Shown here: positions 9,389 to 19,037 of the stretch, one piece after another | How positions within the stretch are numbered: position 1 is the stretch's first letter | Layout: each line of letters starts with the position of its first letter | From: Acutalibacteraceae bacterium | Lineage (GTDB): Bacteria > Bacillota > Clostridia > Oscillospirales > Acutalibacteraceae | Assembly: GCA_045639705.1 (NCBI GenBank) | Contig: JAZUDP010000159.1 | Location: 335-64,334 of the forward strand | DNA length: 64,000 nucleotides | Reading direction: 5' to 3' | Program-made: the position numbers and the translations under genes | The notes under the pieces: generated by a model | What the model saw: the letters and a program-made list of their open reading frames with translations, nothing else | Told to the model about the DNA's origin: nothing | The model's database searches: none

Positions 9389-10431
9389 ACCATTTCACCG
9401 TTTGAGACAAGCAAAAGCTTTGTAACCGTCTGTTCAAGTATTACTCTGCTTTCAACAGGCGAGCTTTTAAGCATTGTATCAGCTTCAGCGAGAATGTCAA
9501 GAAATCTTCTGAGCTGAGCTATCGAATATTTTGAGGCCGAGCGCGCTCCGTTTGTAAGACGGAACTCCTTGCCTTTATAGTTGAAATCCTTTGCGGCGTC
9601 CTCGGCACGCATGCCGCCCGAGACATAAACCTTTGCGCGATACATATCGACATACGGAGTAATTATTGCGCCGAGTATGCTTACGGGCTCTTCTCTCATG
9701 TAGAAAAGCGTATCAAGTATATTCATGGCGGTATCGCAGTTGTTGGCTGTCAGCGCTTTGGCAAGGTCAAACGCTCTCGCCTGCATATTTTTAACAACAA
9801 CGGCGTCAATATCCGTCTTTGTGACCGTACCCTCTTTTTTATAAGCGCAGATTTTCTGAAGCTCATTGAGAATAGCAGTCATATCATCGCCGACAAGCGA
9901 AATCAGATAATTCGCTTCCGAGGGGCCTAACGCACAGCCTCTGTCAGCGGCGCCTTTTTCAATAAGGCGGACAAGCTGAGAGCCGCTCGCATGCGAAAAG
10001 CATACCGATGCTCCGTATTTTTCAATAAGTGACAGCAGCTTTTTTCCTTTTGCCGACTTCATATTTACATCGAGCGTCGGCATGGAAACAAGAACAACCG
10101 TGGTTTCGGGAATATCCGAGATGAATGCCTCAAACTTTTCCGCCGTGTCTGCGTTAAGGCTGTCGGCAGGCAGGTCTTTGATATGAATACAGCTGTACTC
10201 ACAGAACATGGGAAGCGCCTCCGCGGCATAGGATATTTCGGTCATGTCCGCGCCCTTGCCCTCATACACATGCAGATTGAAGTCCTTAAAGTCATCCGGA
10301 ACCGTCTTTTTTATAATTAAATTCGCATAATGCTTTATCAGATATTTTTCTTCGCCGTACAGGAAGTAGAGATTGGAAAAATTTCCGCTTTTTATCTGTG
10401 CCTTAAGTTCGTTTTCGGTTAAAGCGGGCAT
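9385..10431 (-). CDS. holA: DNA polymerase III delta subunit
   Basis: 348 aa. The N-terminus ...NFSNLYFLYGEEKYLI... is typical of HolA. It sits directly downstream of comEC, as in many Firmicutes. Confidence 0.85.
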   Translation of the reverse strand: MPALTENELKAQIKSGNFSNLYFLYGEEKYLIKHYANLIIKKTVPDDFKDFNLHVYEGKGADMTEISYAAEALPMFCEYSCIHIKDLPADSLNADTAEKFEAFISDIPETTVVLVSMPTLDVNMKSAKGKKLLSLIEKYGASVCFSHASGSQLVRLIEKGAADRGCALGPSEANYLISLVGDDMTAILNELQKICAYKKEGTVTKTDIDAVVVKNMQARAFDLAKALTANNCDTAMNILDTLFYMREEPVSILGAIITPYVDMYRAKVYVSGGMRAEDAAKDFNYKGKEFRLTNGARSASKYSIAQLRRFLDILAEADTMLKSSPVESRVILEQTVTKLLLVSNGEMV

Positions 10432-10442
10432 AGTCTCCCCTC

Positions 10443-12656
10443 CTATACATAAATCTTATATTTTCCGTTTCTTATTCTGACGGAAATCTCATCATAATCG
10501 CAGACCTTAACCGGTCTGCCGCCATTTTTGGTTATATATCCCGAAACCGAGGCTGATTTTTTCGGCGTACTGCTGACAAAAACAGCTCTGAAAGCCGAAA
10601 CATCAATGCATTCGGGAATATATCCGCTGCAGATAAGAAAATCAGCGGAAGTATATTCATCGGGGATTTCCGAGCCGCTGACGGCACTGAAAATCACAAG
10701 AAAAGTTTTTGTATCAAACTCACAGAAAGCGCAGGAAACGCTTTCATCGCAGTAAAAATTAATTTTTCCGTTTTCCCACACATTCAGGTCGGCATCAGCC
10801 GAAACGATAAGCCTGCTGCTTTCAACAAGCTGCGAAACCGTCGGAGATTCAAGCGGAATTACGGTTTTGATAAAATTATTATCTTTTAGAAGATGCAGAG
10901 TTGAACCGCACTCGGCGGAATCCGCATCGGAAATCAGCAGCATGTTTGCATCCCTGCGGCTGATTCTGTTCAGCGTATCCTCTATGCTGTAAAGCGAATT
11001 GTACCCGTCGTCAGCACCCTTGAGAAGAATTTTCTTTCCCTCATACGATACAGCCGCAGCTGTTCCGTCGCCGACATTAATCAGACGGAATTCAGTCAGC
11101 CCGTCATAATAAAATGTCGAGGATAAAGCAGTAACAGCTATAACACAGACAAGACCGATACAGCCGAATCTGCGCGACGCCTTTCCCTTGAAAAACATAA
11201 GCGCCGAAGCAATAACAGCAAGAGAAATGATAACCCCGGCCTTCCAGAAAATATCCGATGTCGAAATACAGGTAACATGAAAGTCACTGATTTTTCCGAC
11301 AACAGCAAGAATATATTTTGAAAGAATGCCGCATAAAAACGCCGTCATATCGGAAAGCGCCGTTATACCGTACAGCACGGCAGTAATTCCCGCAAAAAAC
11401 ATACACAGTGTTGCCGCATATGTAATCAGCAGATTTGAAACAACCGTAAATACGGAAATATATCCGACGGAAAATACAACAACCGGGAAAGAACCGACTA
11501 CGGCAGCAATACTGACAAGTACGGCTGAAATAACCGCTCTGAGCCATCCGAAGCGTATATACTTCCCGGAAAGCCTTTCGGCAAAAGGAAGTACGGCAAC
11601 AATTCCGAGCGTTGCGGTAAACGACATAAGAAAGCCCGTATCCGCGGCAATAAAAGGATTAAGTATGCAAAGCACAAGTGCGGAAAAGCCGAGAGAATTG
11701 ACTGAATCCGTCCTGCGGTAAAACAGATTGCCCGCAAGAAAAAGAATCATCATAAGTCCCGAACGGCAAACCGACGGTGAAAATCCCGTCAGCGCCATAA
11801 AGAACAGCGTGAAAGCAATATTTACCGCTGAATTAATCCTTCTGTTTACCTTCAGCTGTTTAAGAAACTCATACAGCCCAAGCACCCACACGGACAAATG
11901 AAGTCCCGAAACTGCAAAAACCGGAGCAACTCCCGCGTCATATATATTATCCTTTGTTTCTTCGGATATAAAGCTTTTATCGCCGACAAGAAGAGCGGCG
12001 GCGGTTCCGCCGTATTCATTCGGAAGCTTTTCGAGAATCCTCTCCTCAAGCTCCTTCCTGAGCAGTATTATCCTGTAACGGAGCGGCTTTTTATAATTAT
12101 TTTCAATAACAGCAGTGCTTTCATCTTCACTGTCCGTGCAATATGCTCCGAGGAAGATTTCCTTTGAATTATAAAACCGTTCAATGCCATCGCCGGAGGC
12201 TCTGCCAATCATGTAAAGCTTTACATCGGCACTGATTCTGTCATACGGCTCAGCATCAAGCTCATACGGAAGCGACAGTCTGAGATTAACCTTTATCGGT
12301 TTTGAATCTACCGATACCGTCTCAATACTGTAATAATATCTTGAATCTGAATATTCGGGAAAATCCGTAATTATTCCCTCAACAGACGAGCTTTCATTCT
12401 CCGTGAATTTCTCAGCATATTCAAGTCCGTAATCATTTTCAACCGTAAAAAGAAGTCCGCCGAGAATGAGTGCCGCCGCAAGAAAGAAAGGGTAAACCTT
12501 TTCTCTGACCGGCTTGATGAAAAAGGAACATACTGCAAGCACCGCACCTGCTGCGACCGCGGCAGCGGCGGCTCTGCTGTCAGCAAAAACCGAAAGGAAC
12601 AGAACAAGCAGAACCGTAAAGCCCGTCAGTGCAAGCGGTCTGTATTTTAATCTCAT
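10443..12656 (-). CDS. comEC: ComEC/Rec2 DNA internalisation channel protein; C-terminal metallo-beta-lactamase-like domain appears degenerate
   Basis: 737 aa with an N-terminal OB/DUF4131-like region and a polytopic competence domain (SGLHLSV...). In the C-terminal region, LINVGDGTAAAV...LLISDADSAECGS replaces the canonical DVGQGD...HxHxDH motifs. Confidence 0.88.
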   Translation of the reverse strand: MRLKYRPLALTGFTVLLVLFLSVFADSRAAAAAVAAGAVLAVCSFFIKPVREKVYPFFLAAALILGGLLFTVENDYGLEYAEKFTENESSSVEGIITDFPEYSDSRYYYSIETVSVDSKPIKVNLRLSLPYELDAEPYDRISADVKLYMIGRASGDGIERFYNSKEIFLGAYCTDSEDESTAVIENNYKKPLRYRIILLRKELEERILEKLPNEYGGTAAALLVGDKSFISEETKDNIYDAGVAPVFAVSGLHLSVWVLGLYEFLKQLKVNRRINSAVNIAFTLFFMALTGFSPSVCRSGLMMILFLAGNLFYRRTDSVNSLGFSALVLCILNPFIAADTGFLMSFTATLGIVAVLPFAERLSGKYIRFGWLRAVISAVLVSIAAVVGSFPVVVFSVGYISVFTVVSNLLITYAATLCMFFAGITAVLYGITALSDMTAFLCGILSKYILAVVGKISDFHVTCISTSDIFWKAGVIISLAVIASALMFFKGKASRRFGCIGLVCVIAVTALSSTFYYDGLTEFRLINVGDGTAAAVSYEGKKILLKGADDGYNSLYSIEDTLNRISRRDANMLLISDADSAECGSTLHLLKDNNFIKTVIPLESPTVSQLVESSRLIVSADADLNVWENGKINFYCDESVSCAFCEFDTKTFLVIFSAVSGSEIPDEYTSADFLICSGYIPECIDVSAFRAVFVSSTPKKSASVSGYITKNGGRPVKVCDYDEISVRIRNGKYKIYV

Positions 12657-13192
12657 TTAAAGAAAAGCGGAAGCTTTTCGAGATAAACTATATCTTTTCT
12701 GTCAGCCGCGTCACCCTCCGCAAGAACGGCAGCCTTAGCAACAACATTTGCATCGAACTGACCTACAAGCTTTTCAACTGCAAGAAGAGATTCGCCCGTT
12801 GAAATAACATCGTCGATAATAAGGGTTCTCTTGCCGCGGAGCTGTTCGCCCTCTGCGCCGTCAAGAATAAGTACCTGCTCGGAAGCAGTTGTAATGGATT
12901 TAACAGTTACGGAAACAGGGTTCTGCATATAAAGCTTTGCCTTTTTGCGTACTACAAAATAGGGCTTGCCTGTCTGACGTGCCATTTCGTAAGCAAGAGG
13001 AATGCTCTTTGCCTCGGGAGTAACGATATAGTCAAATTCGGGGCATTTTTCTATAAGAGCCTTTGCAACGGCGATTGTAAGCTCAACATCGCCGAAGATA
13101 ATGAACGCGCCGATTGAAAGCTTGTCATCTATAGGACAGAGAGGAAGTTCTCTCTCAAGTCCCGCTATATTCATCTTATAAACTTCACCCAT
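12653..13192 (-). CDS. Phosphoribosyltransferase-family protein (purine PRT-like)
   Basis: PRPP-binding motif RTLIIDDVISTGESL. ATG start with an AAAGGA Shine-Dalgarno. The stop overlaps the comEC start by 4 nt. Confidence 0.75.
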   Translation of the reverse strand: MGEVYKMNIAGLERELPLCPIDDKLSIGAFIIFGDVELTIAVAKALIEKCPEFDYIVTPEAKSIPLAYEMARQTGKPYFVVRKKAKLYMQNPVSVTVKSITTASEQVLILDGAEGEQLRGKRTLIIDDVISTGESLLAVEKLVGQFDANVVAKAAVLAEGDAADRKDIVYLEKLPLFFK

Positions 13193-13222
13193 TTTAAAAA
13201 CATCCTTTCAAATAATTATAAT

Positions 13223-13561
13223 TTAGCCTGCGGGCCATGCAAAATCTCTGCCGCCCATAAGGTGGAAATGAAGATGCTTAACTGTCTGACCTGCGCTGTC
13301 GCCGCAGTTTGTTACAATTCTGAAGCCGTCGTCAAGTCCCGCTTCCTTTGCTATTTTTGCCGCAACCTCAAAGATATGAGCAACAACAGCGCTGTTGTCT
13401 TCGTTAATCTCAGCAGCGGAAACTATATGCTCCTTCGGTACGATAAGAACATGTACGGGAGCCTGAGGCTCAATATCCTTAAACGCATAAACAAGTTCGT
13501 CCTCATAAACTTTTGCTGACGGAATTTCGCCGGCAATAATCTTGCAGAAAATGCAGTCCAT
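13223..13561 (-). CDS. HIT-family (histidine triad) nucleotide hydrolase
   Basis: MDCIFCKII.GEIP... and the histidine triad HLHFHLMGG. 112 aa. Confidence 0.9.
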   Translation of the reverse strand: MDCIFCKIIAGEIPSAKVYEDELVYAFKDIEPQAPVHVLIVPKEHIVSAAEINEDNSAVVAHIFEVAAKIAKEAGLDDGFRIVTNCGDSAGQTVKHLHFHLMGGRDFAWPAG

Positions 13562-13572
13562 AATAATCCTCC

Positions 13573-16212
13573 TTATTTAATCAGCGAAGCAACTATATCG
13601 TTTACAGCCGCAATCGCGTCGTTAACCTTGTCAATATCCTTTGCGCCCGCCATAGCAAAATCGGGCTTTCCGCCGCCGTTTCCGCCTGCTTTCTGTGCAA
13701 CGGCTCTTACAACATCGCCGGCCTTTACGCCTGCCTTTATTGCGTCCTTACCGCAGGATGCCGCGAAGTTTGCGCTGCCCTTTTCTTTATTCAGTGCCGC
13801 AAGAACACATACAACATTGTCGCCCTTTTCCTTTGCCTTATCGGAAAGTGAACGAAGCTCGTCAACCGTAACCTCGCCTGCAACAGCCGCGATTACATTA
13901 AGTCCGCCGATTTCCGCAGCATTGTCAAAAAGACTGCCGGAACGCATATTTGTAAGCTGTGCCGTAAGAGATTCAATCTCCTTATCCTTATCCTTTAACT
14001 CTGCAACAACTGAAACTGCTTTCTTTTCGAGGTCAGCAGCATTGGCAACCTTAAGCGCCTTTGCGGAATTAACAATAAGAGAATTCAGCGAGTCAATATA
14101 CTTAAGCACGCCTGCGCCCGTAACGCCCTCGATACGTCTTACGCCTGCGGCAACGGAGGTTTCTGAAATAATCTTAAACAGACCGAGATTGCCTGTGTTG
14201 GAAACATGTGTGCCTCCGCAAAGCTCTGTTGAGAAATCGCCTGCTCTGACAACGCGTACAACTTCGCCGTACTTCTCGCCGAAGAGTGCCATTGCGCCTG
14301 TCTTCTTCGCTTCCTCGATAGGCATTTCTGTCATTGTAACTGCAGCCGCCGAAAGAATAACATCGTTAACCTTCTTTTCAACAGCAGCGATTTCCTCGGC
14401 TGTCATAGCTGAGAAATGAGAGAAATCGAAACGGACGGCGTTTTCATTTACAAGCTGACCCGCCTGCTCAACGTGTGAGCCGAGCGTATCTCTGAGCGCA
14501 GCCTGAAGAAGATGCGCGGCGGTATGGTTGCGTGCGATTGCGCTTCTGCGCTGTGCGTCAATAACAGTCTTAACCGCATCGCCGAGCTTTGCGTTGTCAC
14601 CCTCGGTAATTCTGCCGTAATGCAGGAATACGCCGTCGTTTGTCTTGACGGTGTTCTCAACCTCAAACTTAAAGCCGTCACCGATGATTACGCCTGTATC
14701 TCCTGCCTGTCCGCCGCTCTCTGCGTAGAATGCGGTTTTATCGGCAACAAGAGCTGCGTCAGTTCCGTTTTCAAGATTTTCACAGCGGATTCCGTCTGTA
14801 ATAATCGCAATAATCTTTCCGTCCGCCTCAGCTGCTTCATATCCGAGGAATTCTGTTTTCTCGATGCCCTTGGTCGCAACGCCCTTGTCGTTCCAGCCCT
14901 CTGCGCCCGCGCCCTTATGAGCGTCACGAGAGCGCTTTCTCTGCTCGAGAACAAGCTCTTTGAACTTCTCCTCGTCAACAGTCATGCCCTTCTCCTCAAG
15001 GATTTCCTTTGTGAGGTCAATCGGGAAACCGAATGTATCCTGAAGCTTGAATGCGTCTGCGGCGTCAAGCTCTTTTGTCTTTGAATTTTCAATCATCTCG
15101 CCGAGAACCGAAAGACCCGCGTCAATTGTTCTGTTGAAGCTTTCTTCCTCTGTGCTGATAACATTAACAATAAAGTCGCGCTTTTCAACAAGATTGGGAT
15201 ACGCATTCTTATTCTCATTAATAACTGTGTCGCAAACCTCGGCAAGGAACGGACGGTTGATGCCGAGAAGTCTGCCGTGACGTGCGGCACGCCTTAACAG
15301 ACGGCGGAGAACATAGCCGCGTCCGCTGTTGGAGGGCATAACGCCGTCGCCGATCATAAAGGTTGTTGAACGGATATGGTCAGTGATAACACGGAGCGAT
15401 ACATCAGCCTTTTCGTCAGCATGATATTCAACATCGGCAATCTTTATGATGTGCTTCATTATGTTCTGAACGGTGTCAACCTCGAAAAGATTGTCAACAC
15501 CCTGTGAAATACATGCAAGTCTTTCAAGACCCATGCCTGTGTCAATGTTGGGGTGCTTAAGCGGTGTGTAATTATTCTTTCCGTCATTCTCAAACTGTGT
15601 GAAAACAAGGTTCCAGAATTCAACATAACGGTCGCATTCGCAGCCTACCTTACAGTCGGGCGAGCCGCAGCCGTACTTTTCGCCGCGGTCATAATAGATT
15701 TCCGAACAGGGGCCGCAGGGGCCTGCGCCGTGTTCCCAGAAATTATCCTCTTTGCCGAAGCGACCCATGTGGTCTTCCTTAACACCGATTTTCTTTGTCC
15801 AGATGTCGTAAGCCTCGTCGTCATCAAGATAAACGCTGATATAAAGACGCTCGGGGTCCATCTCCATAACCTTTGTGCAGAACTCCCATGCCCATTCGAT
15901 AGCTTCGTTCTTGAAATAGTTGCCGAACGAGAAATTGCCGAGCATTTCAAAGAAAGTGCCGTGACGGGCTGTCTTGCCGACATTTTCAATATCGGGAGTA
16001 CGGATGCATTTCTGGCATGTTGTTACACGGTATGCAGGAGGCGTAATCTCGCCCGTGAAATACTTCTTCATGGGTGACATGCCCGCGTTGATAAGCAGAA
16101 GGCTCTTGTCGCCCTGAGGAATAAGCGAGAAGCTGGGAAGACGCATATGCTCCTTGCTTTCGTAAAATGAGAGAAATTTCTCTCTTAATTCATTAAGTCC
16201 TGTCCATTCCAT
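13573..16212 (-). CDS. alaS: Alanine--tRNA ligase
   Basis: 879 aa with class II core motifs (FFEMLGNFSFGDY-like FFEMLGNFSFGNYFK), editing-domain HTAAHLL...CGGTH, and a C-terminal DHHA1-like region. Confidence 0.97.
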   Translation of the reverse strand: MEWTGLNELREKFLSFYESKEHMRLPSFSLIPQGDKSLLLINAGMSPMKKYFTGEITPPAYRVTTCQKCIRTPDIENVGKTARHGTFFEMLGNFSFGNYFKNEAIEWAWEFCTKVMEMDPERLYISVYLDDDEAYDIWTKKIGVKEDHMGRFGKEDNFWEHGAGPCGPCSEIYYDRGEKYGCGSPDCKVGCECDRYVEFWNLVFTQFENDGKNNYTPLKHPNIDTGMGLERLACISQGVDNLFEVDTVQNIMKHIIKIADVEYHADEKADVSLRVITDHIRSTTFMIGDGVMPSNSGRGYVLRRLLRRAARHGRLLGINRPFLAEVCDTVINENKNAYPNLVEKRDFIVNVISTEEESFNRTIDAGLSVLGEMIENSKTKELDAADAFKLQDTFGFPIDLTKEILEEKGMTVDEEKFKELVLEQRKRSRDAHKGAGAEGWNDKGVATKGIEKTEFLGYEAAEADGKIIAIITDGIRCENLENGTDAALVADKTAFYAESGGQAGDTGVIIGDGFKFEVENTVKTNDGVFLHYGRITEGDNAKLGDAVKTVIDAQRRSAIARNHTAAHLLQAALRDTLGSHVEQAGQLVNENAVRFDFSHFSAMTAEEIAAVEKKVNDVILSAAAVTMTEMPIEEAKKTGAMALFGEKYGEVVRVVRAGDFSTELCGGTHVSNTGNLGLFKIISETSVAAGVRRIEGVTGAGVLKYIDSLNSLIVNSAKALKVANAADLEKKAVSVVAELKDKDKEIESLTAQLTNMRSGSLFDNAAEIGGLNVIAAVAGEVTVDELRSLSDKAKEKGDNVVCVLAALNKEKGSANFAASCGKDAIKAGVKAGDVVRAVAQKAGGNGGGKPDFAMAGAKDIDKVNDAIAAVNDIVASLIK

Positions 16213-16270
16213 AGCTAAAATCTCCTAAAAGGTAAATTTATTTAACATATAATTATAGGCTCTCGGGCCT

Positions 16271-17212
16271 TTAATTGTCAACATTATCTGTAATTCTTGT
16301 AAATATTTTTCCGTCGGATTCAAATACAATATCGCCGTTTAAATCTGTTCTGAAAAACTCTGTTTTCCGCTTTTTAAGCTTTGCCGTTGTCTGCTTGTGG
16401 GGATGACCGTAGTCATTGTTTTTTCCGCAGCTGATTACGGCGTATTCCGGACTGACGGCATCAAGCCACGCATCCGAGGTCGATGAACCGCTGCCGTGGT
16501 GTCCGACCTTAAGAATATCCGCCGAATAAACGTAATCGTTCTTAAGCATATCCTTTTCGGACGCAAAACAGGCATCGCCCGTCAGCATAACCGAGGTATC
16601 CTTATAAACAAGCCTGATAACAACCGACATATTATTTATGTCGCAGGAGCTTTCCTTCTGGTCGCTGTAAACTCTGTTCGGGGCAAGAATCTGAAATTCC
16701 ATATCGCCGTATGTATACCTGTCGCCGACCTTCGAATAATACGCGTTCTCCGCTTTTCGCTCAATTTCATCAAGAAATTTTTCATAGCAGACGGTTGTCG
16801 GGGCATACTTTTCGGGAATCTCGGGAACAATCACATCCCCGACTTTGAACGCCCTCATAACATACGCCATACTGCCTATATGGTCTGAATGGGGATGCGT
16901 TCCGATTATGCAGTCAAGCTTTTTTATGCCGAGATTTCTTATATGACTGATAACCGTCTGCGACTCCCCTGCTTCACCTGCGTCAACAAGAACTGTCTTA
17001 TCTCCGCAGAGAATAAGCGTACAGTCGCCCTGACCGACATCAATAAAGTTCACCTGCATAATTCCGTCGGCAGGCGGCTTCTGGGTAAGACCTGCAGTCT
17101 GAAAAATCTGTTGAGTTCCGCCTGTAAAGTGTGTGACTATCGCCGAGAAAAGAAGTATGGCGGCAATAACGATAATCGCCGTTATTTTACTTTTTTGTTT
17201 TCTTTTTGACAT
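16271..17212 (-). CDS. Membrane-anchored MBL-fold hydrolase of the ComEC C-terminal-domain type
   Basis: N-terminal TM helix, then FIDVGQGDCTLI...GTHPHSDHIGS...VGHHGS, which are intact MBL metal ligands. I chose the start at ATG 17212 with a GAAAGG Shine-Dalgarno. It overlaps the ygiQ 3' end by 26 nt. Confidence 0.85.
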   Translation of the reverse strand: MSKRKQKSKITAIIVIAAILLFSAIVTHFTGGTQQIFQTAGLTQKPPADGIMQVNFIDVGQGDCTLILCGDKTVLVDAGEAGESQTVISHIRNLGIKKLDCIIGTHPHSDHIGSMAYVMRAFKVGDVIVPEIPEKYAPTTVCYEKFLDEIERKAENAYYSKVGDRYTYGDMEFQILAPNRVYSDQKESSCDINNMSVVIRLVYKDTSVMLTGDACFASEKDMLKNDYVYSADILKVGHHGSGSSTSDAWLDAVSPEYAVISCGKNNDYGHPHKQTTAKLKKRKTEFFRTDLNGDIVFESDGKIFTRITDNVDN

Positions 17213-19037
17213 TAGAATAGCCTTTCTTCTGCTGAAAGTTCTGTCTCTGAGCCGCTTTCGGTCTGATAAGGCACTTTTCACCGAATCCGATTAAATCCGC
17301 TCTTCCGGCCTTTCTGAGCGCCTCCTCGCATAAATCCCTGTTTTTCGGGTCGTAATACTGGAGCAGCGCCCTTTGCAGCGCCTTGTCGTGCGGAGTTCTG
17401 GCAACATAAACCTCATGCATTGTGTAGGGGTCAAGTCCCGTACAGAACATGCATGTTGAAATTGTTCCCGGAGTCGGATAAAAATCCTGAACCTGCTCGG
17501 GTCTGATGCCGCGTTTTTTAAGGAACACGGCAAGCTCAACCGCCTCTTTAAGCGTTGAGCCGGGATGTGACGACATAAGATACGGAACAAGATATTGCTC
17601 CTTGCCCGCGTCGTCGCTTAACTGAAAATATTTTTTTGAAAAATCTATATAAGCGTCAATGTGCGGCTTGCCCATTTTATCGAGGACAACCGCCGAGCAA
17701 TGCTCAGGTGCAACCTTAAGCAGTCCGCTGACATGATGCTTTACAAGCTCTCTGAAAAATGTATCGTCCTCATCCTTAAGCATATAATCGTATCTTATGC
17801 CCGAACGGATAAAGACTTTTTTAACCTTCGGCAGCTCACGCACGGTTCTGAGAATGTCAAGATACTCGCTGTGGTCAGCCGTCAGTGCTTTGCACGGAGT
17901 AGGAGCAAGACATTTTTTACCCTTGCACAGTCCGTGTTCAAGCTGTTTTGTACAGCTTGCTCTTCTGAAATTGGCGGTTGGTCCGCCTATATCGTGAATA
18001 TATCCTTTAAAGTTCGGCTTTTCGGAAAGAAGCTTTGCTTCGTTAACAACTGATTCCTTGCTTCGTGTAGTTATCGAACGGCCCTGATGAAGGGCGATTG
18101 AGCAGAAATTGCACGCTCCGAAGCAGCCGCGGTTGTGCGTAATTGAAAACTCAACCTCTTCAATGGCGGGTACGCCGCCCTTAGCCTCATATGAGGGATG
18201 ATATGTGCGCTCATACGGCAGTGAATATACCCAGTCCATTTCCTCCTGCGTAAGCGGAGGCATAGGCGGATTCTGCACAAGCATTTTATTTCCGTGCCGC
18301 TGCTTGATAAGCTTTCCTCTTATATGGTCCTGCTCGTCCTGCTGAATCCGGCATGAAACGGCATACTCCTTTTTGCTTTTTACAACATTTTCATATGAGG
18401 GACATTCAGCTCCGCAAAGGGGCGTCTCGGTTACATCGCAGGCATAGCATGTTCCGCGTACATCTCTTATTGTACCTATATCCTCGCCGTTTGACAGTCT
18501 GCGGCAGATTTCAATCGTCTGATTCTCGCCCATACCGTAGGAAATAAGGTCAGCCTGAGAATCAAAAAGGATGCTTCTGCGGATTTTATTGTCCCAGTAA
18601 TCATAGTGGGCAAACCGTCTGAGCGATGCCTCAAGTCCGCCGATAATAACCGGTATGTCACCATAAGCCTCGCGGATACGGTTGCAGTAGACGATAACAG
18701 CTCTGTCGGGGCGCAGACCCATAACTTTTCCCGGGGAATATGCATCCTGACTGCGGTGCTTTTTTGCTGCGGTATAATGGGCAACCATTGAATCTATATT
18801 GCCCGAGGACACCATAAAGCCGAGCCTCGGTCTGCCGAAGCGCATAAAATCCTCTGTGCTGTGCCAGTCGGGCTGTGAAAGAACGGCGACATTGTAGCCC
18901 TCGGCTTCCATAACCCTTGTAATAATAGCCGCACCGAAGCTGGGGTGGTCAACATATGCGTCGCCCGTTACATAAACAAAGTCAACGCCGTCCCAGCCCC
19001 TCTGATTAACTTCTTCTGCGGTTATCGGCAAAAACAT
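17187..19037 (-). CDS. YgiQ-family (UPF0313) radical SAM protein
   Basis: MFLPIT.EE...GWD..DFVYVTGDAYVDHPSFG is the YgiQ N-terminal signature. The radical SAM cluster motif is CFGACNFC. Confidence 0.9.
   Translation of the reverse strand: MFLPITAEEVNQRGWDGVDFVYVTGDAYVDHPSFGAAIITRVMEAEGYNVAVLSQPDWHSTEDFMRFGRPRLGFMVSSGNIDSMVAHYTAAKKHRSQDAYSPGKVMGLRPDRAVIVYCNRIREAYGDIPVIIGGLEASLRRFAHYDYWDNKIRRSILFDSQADLISYGMGENQTIEICRRLSNGEDIGTIRDVRGTCYACDVTETPLCGAECPSYENVVKSKKEYAVSCRIQQDEQDHIRGKLIKQRHGNKMLVQNPPMPPLTQEEMDWVYSLPYERTYHPSYEAKGGVPAIEEVEFSITHNRGCFGACNFCSIALHQGRSITTRSKESVVNEAKLLSEKPNFKGYIHDIGGPTANFRRASCTKQLEHGLCKGKKCLAPTPCKALTADHSEYLDILRTVRELPKVKKVFIRSGIRYDYMLKDEDDTFFRELVKHHVSGLLKVAPEHCSAVVLDKMGKPHIDAYIDFSKKYFQLSDDAGKEQYLVPYLMSSHPGSTLKEAVELAVFLKKRGIRPEQVQDFYPTPGTISTCMFCTGLDPYTMHEVYVARTPHDKALQRALLQYYDPKNRDLCEEALRKAGRADLIGFGEKCLIRPKAAQRQNFQQKKGYSNVKKKTKK

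Noticed and set aside
16213-16270. A possible T-box leader upstream of alaS, which is common in Firmicutes.
   Set aside because: Only 58 nt separate alaS from the upstream gene. That is too short for a T-box, and no T-box motif is present.
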